DNA of 64,000 nucleotides from Yuukianura sp. NJ FZ-2021 (Eukaryota): NCBI GenBank assembly GCA_046563655.1, contig CM102283.1, positions 3,224,001 to 3,288,000 of the forward strand, read 5' to 3'. Shown piece by piece: positions 63,139 to 64,000 of this stretch (position 1 is its first letter; each line of letters starts with the position of its first letter). The notes under the pieces were generated by a model. It saw only the letters and a program-made list of their open reading frames with translations, ran no database searches and was not told where the DNA came from. The position numbers and the translations under genes were made by a program.

Positions 63139-63986
63139 ATGATGTCCTCTAACAACGGCGTAAGTTTTCACTAATTTAAGAAGCAAGTTAAGATTAGAAG
63201 TGTGCAATTTAGGTCATAAGGAGCCGAAGGAGTGTCGTTAATGTGTCTTTGTGATTTATAAGGTTCCTCCGGGAAGTGCGGATTTCACGAATCATAGCAT
63301 GATGGTTCAGCAGCAACAACGTAACGAATCCATTCCTCCGCAGACACCTTCATCGTTTTCAGGACCAACGCAGCAGCAGCAACAACAACAACAGCAGCAA
63401 CTTACGACAGTTGATCGTGATAAGATCTACGAATGGATCAACCAACTCTCAAATGCAGAGACTCGTGAAACAGCTCTGCTGGAATTATCGTAAGTCAAAC
63501 GACAAGAATTTACTTTGAGTTAAGGAATGAATTGGAAGTTCATGAAGATTCTCATGAAGTCCTAACTTTGTCTCAATCTTGCTCACAGGAAGAAACGTGA
63601 GGTCGTACTTGACCTGGCCCCGATGCTTTGGTACTCTTTTGGAACAATGGCTGCACTTTTACAAGAAATCGTGGCCATTTATCCGTACATCAACCCACCC
63701 ACTCTCACTCACCAACAGTCAAACAGGGTAAGCCAATAAAGTTAAATTAACTTTAACTTAAACTTTTAACTTTAGTTGACCTTAACTCGAAACTTGTCTA
63801 TTTCTTTAGGTATGCAATGCCCTTGCCCTGCTCCAAACCGTCGCTTCTCACAATGAAACTCGGACAATGTTTTTACAAGCCCACATCCCACTTTTTCTCT
63901 ATCCATTTCTCCACACGATCTCAAAGACTCGACCATTCGAATACCTCAGACTGACCAGTCTAGGTGTCATTGGAGCTTTAGTTAAG
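63139..63986 (+). CDS. CNOT9: CCR4-NOT subunit 9 (Rcd-1), 5' part; runs off the window
   Basis: [75 protein letters not shown]. Confidence 0.95.
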
Positions 63987-64000
63987 GTAAGAACTTAACA

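Overview
Gene-dense, AT-rich eukaryotic DNA with short GT-AG introns from an arthropod. A myofilin gene points to a hexapod or pancrustacean; a springtail is my inference. I reconstructed about 24 protein-coding genes by hand: two divergent eIF4A-like DEAD-box helicases, a secreted orphan, acid sphingomyelinase, ESS2, two orphan membrane proteins, Hip/ST13 with a sarcalumenin gene nested antisense in one intron, WBP4-like, SS18, two VMO-I fusion proteins, GID8, MIOS, an F-box/LRR protein, myofilin, two SDRs, GPALPP1, chorismate synthase, SSRP1, RPSA and a partial CNOT9. There are also many MITEs (several nested), a Helentron/DINE-1-like element and intronic snoRNA candidates. Highlights: (1) an intact, six-exon, fungal-type chorismate synthase among core animal genes, although animals classically lack the shikimate pathway; (2) tandem secreted VMO-I beta-prism lectins fused to a putative aerolysin-like pore-forming domain, with divergent lectin loops; (3) an SSRP1 lacking its HMG box and a WBP4 lacking WW domains. 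Exon boundaries were read by eye and homologies are recalled from memory, not from searches.
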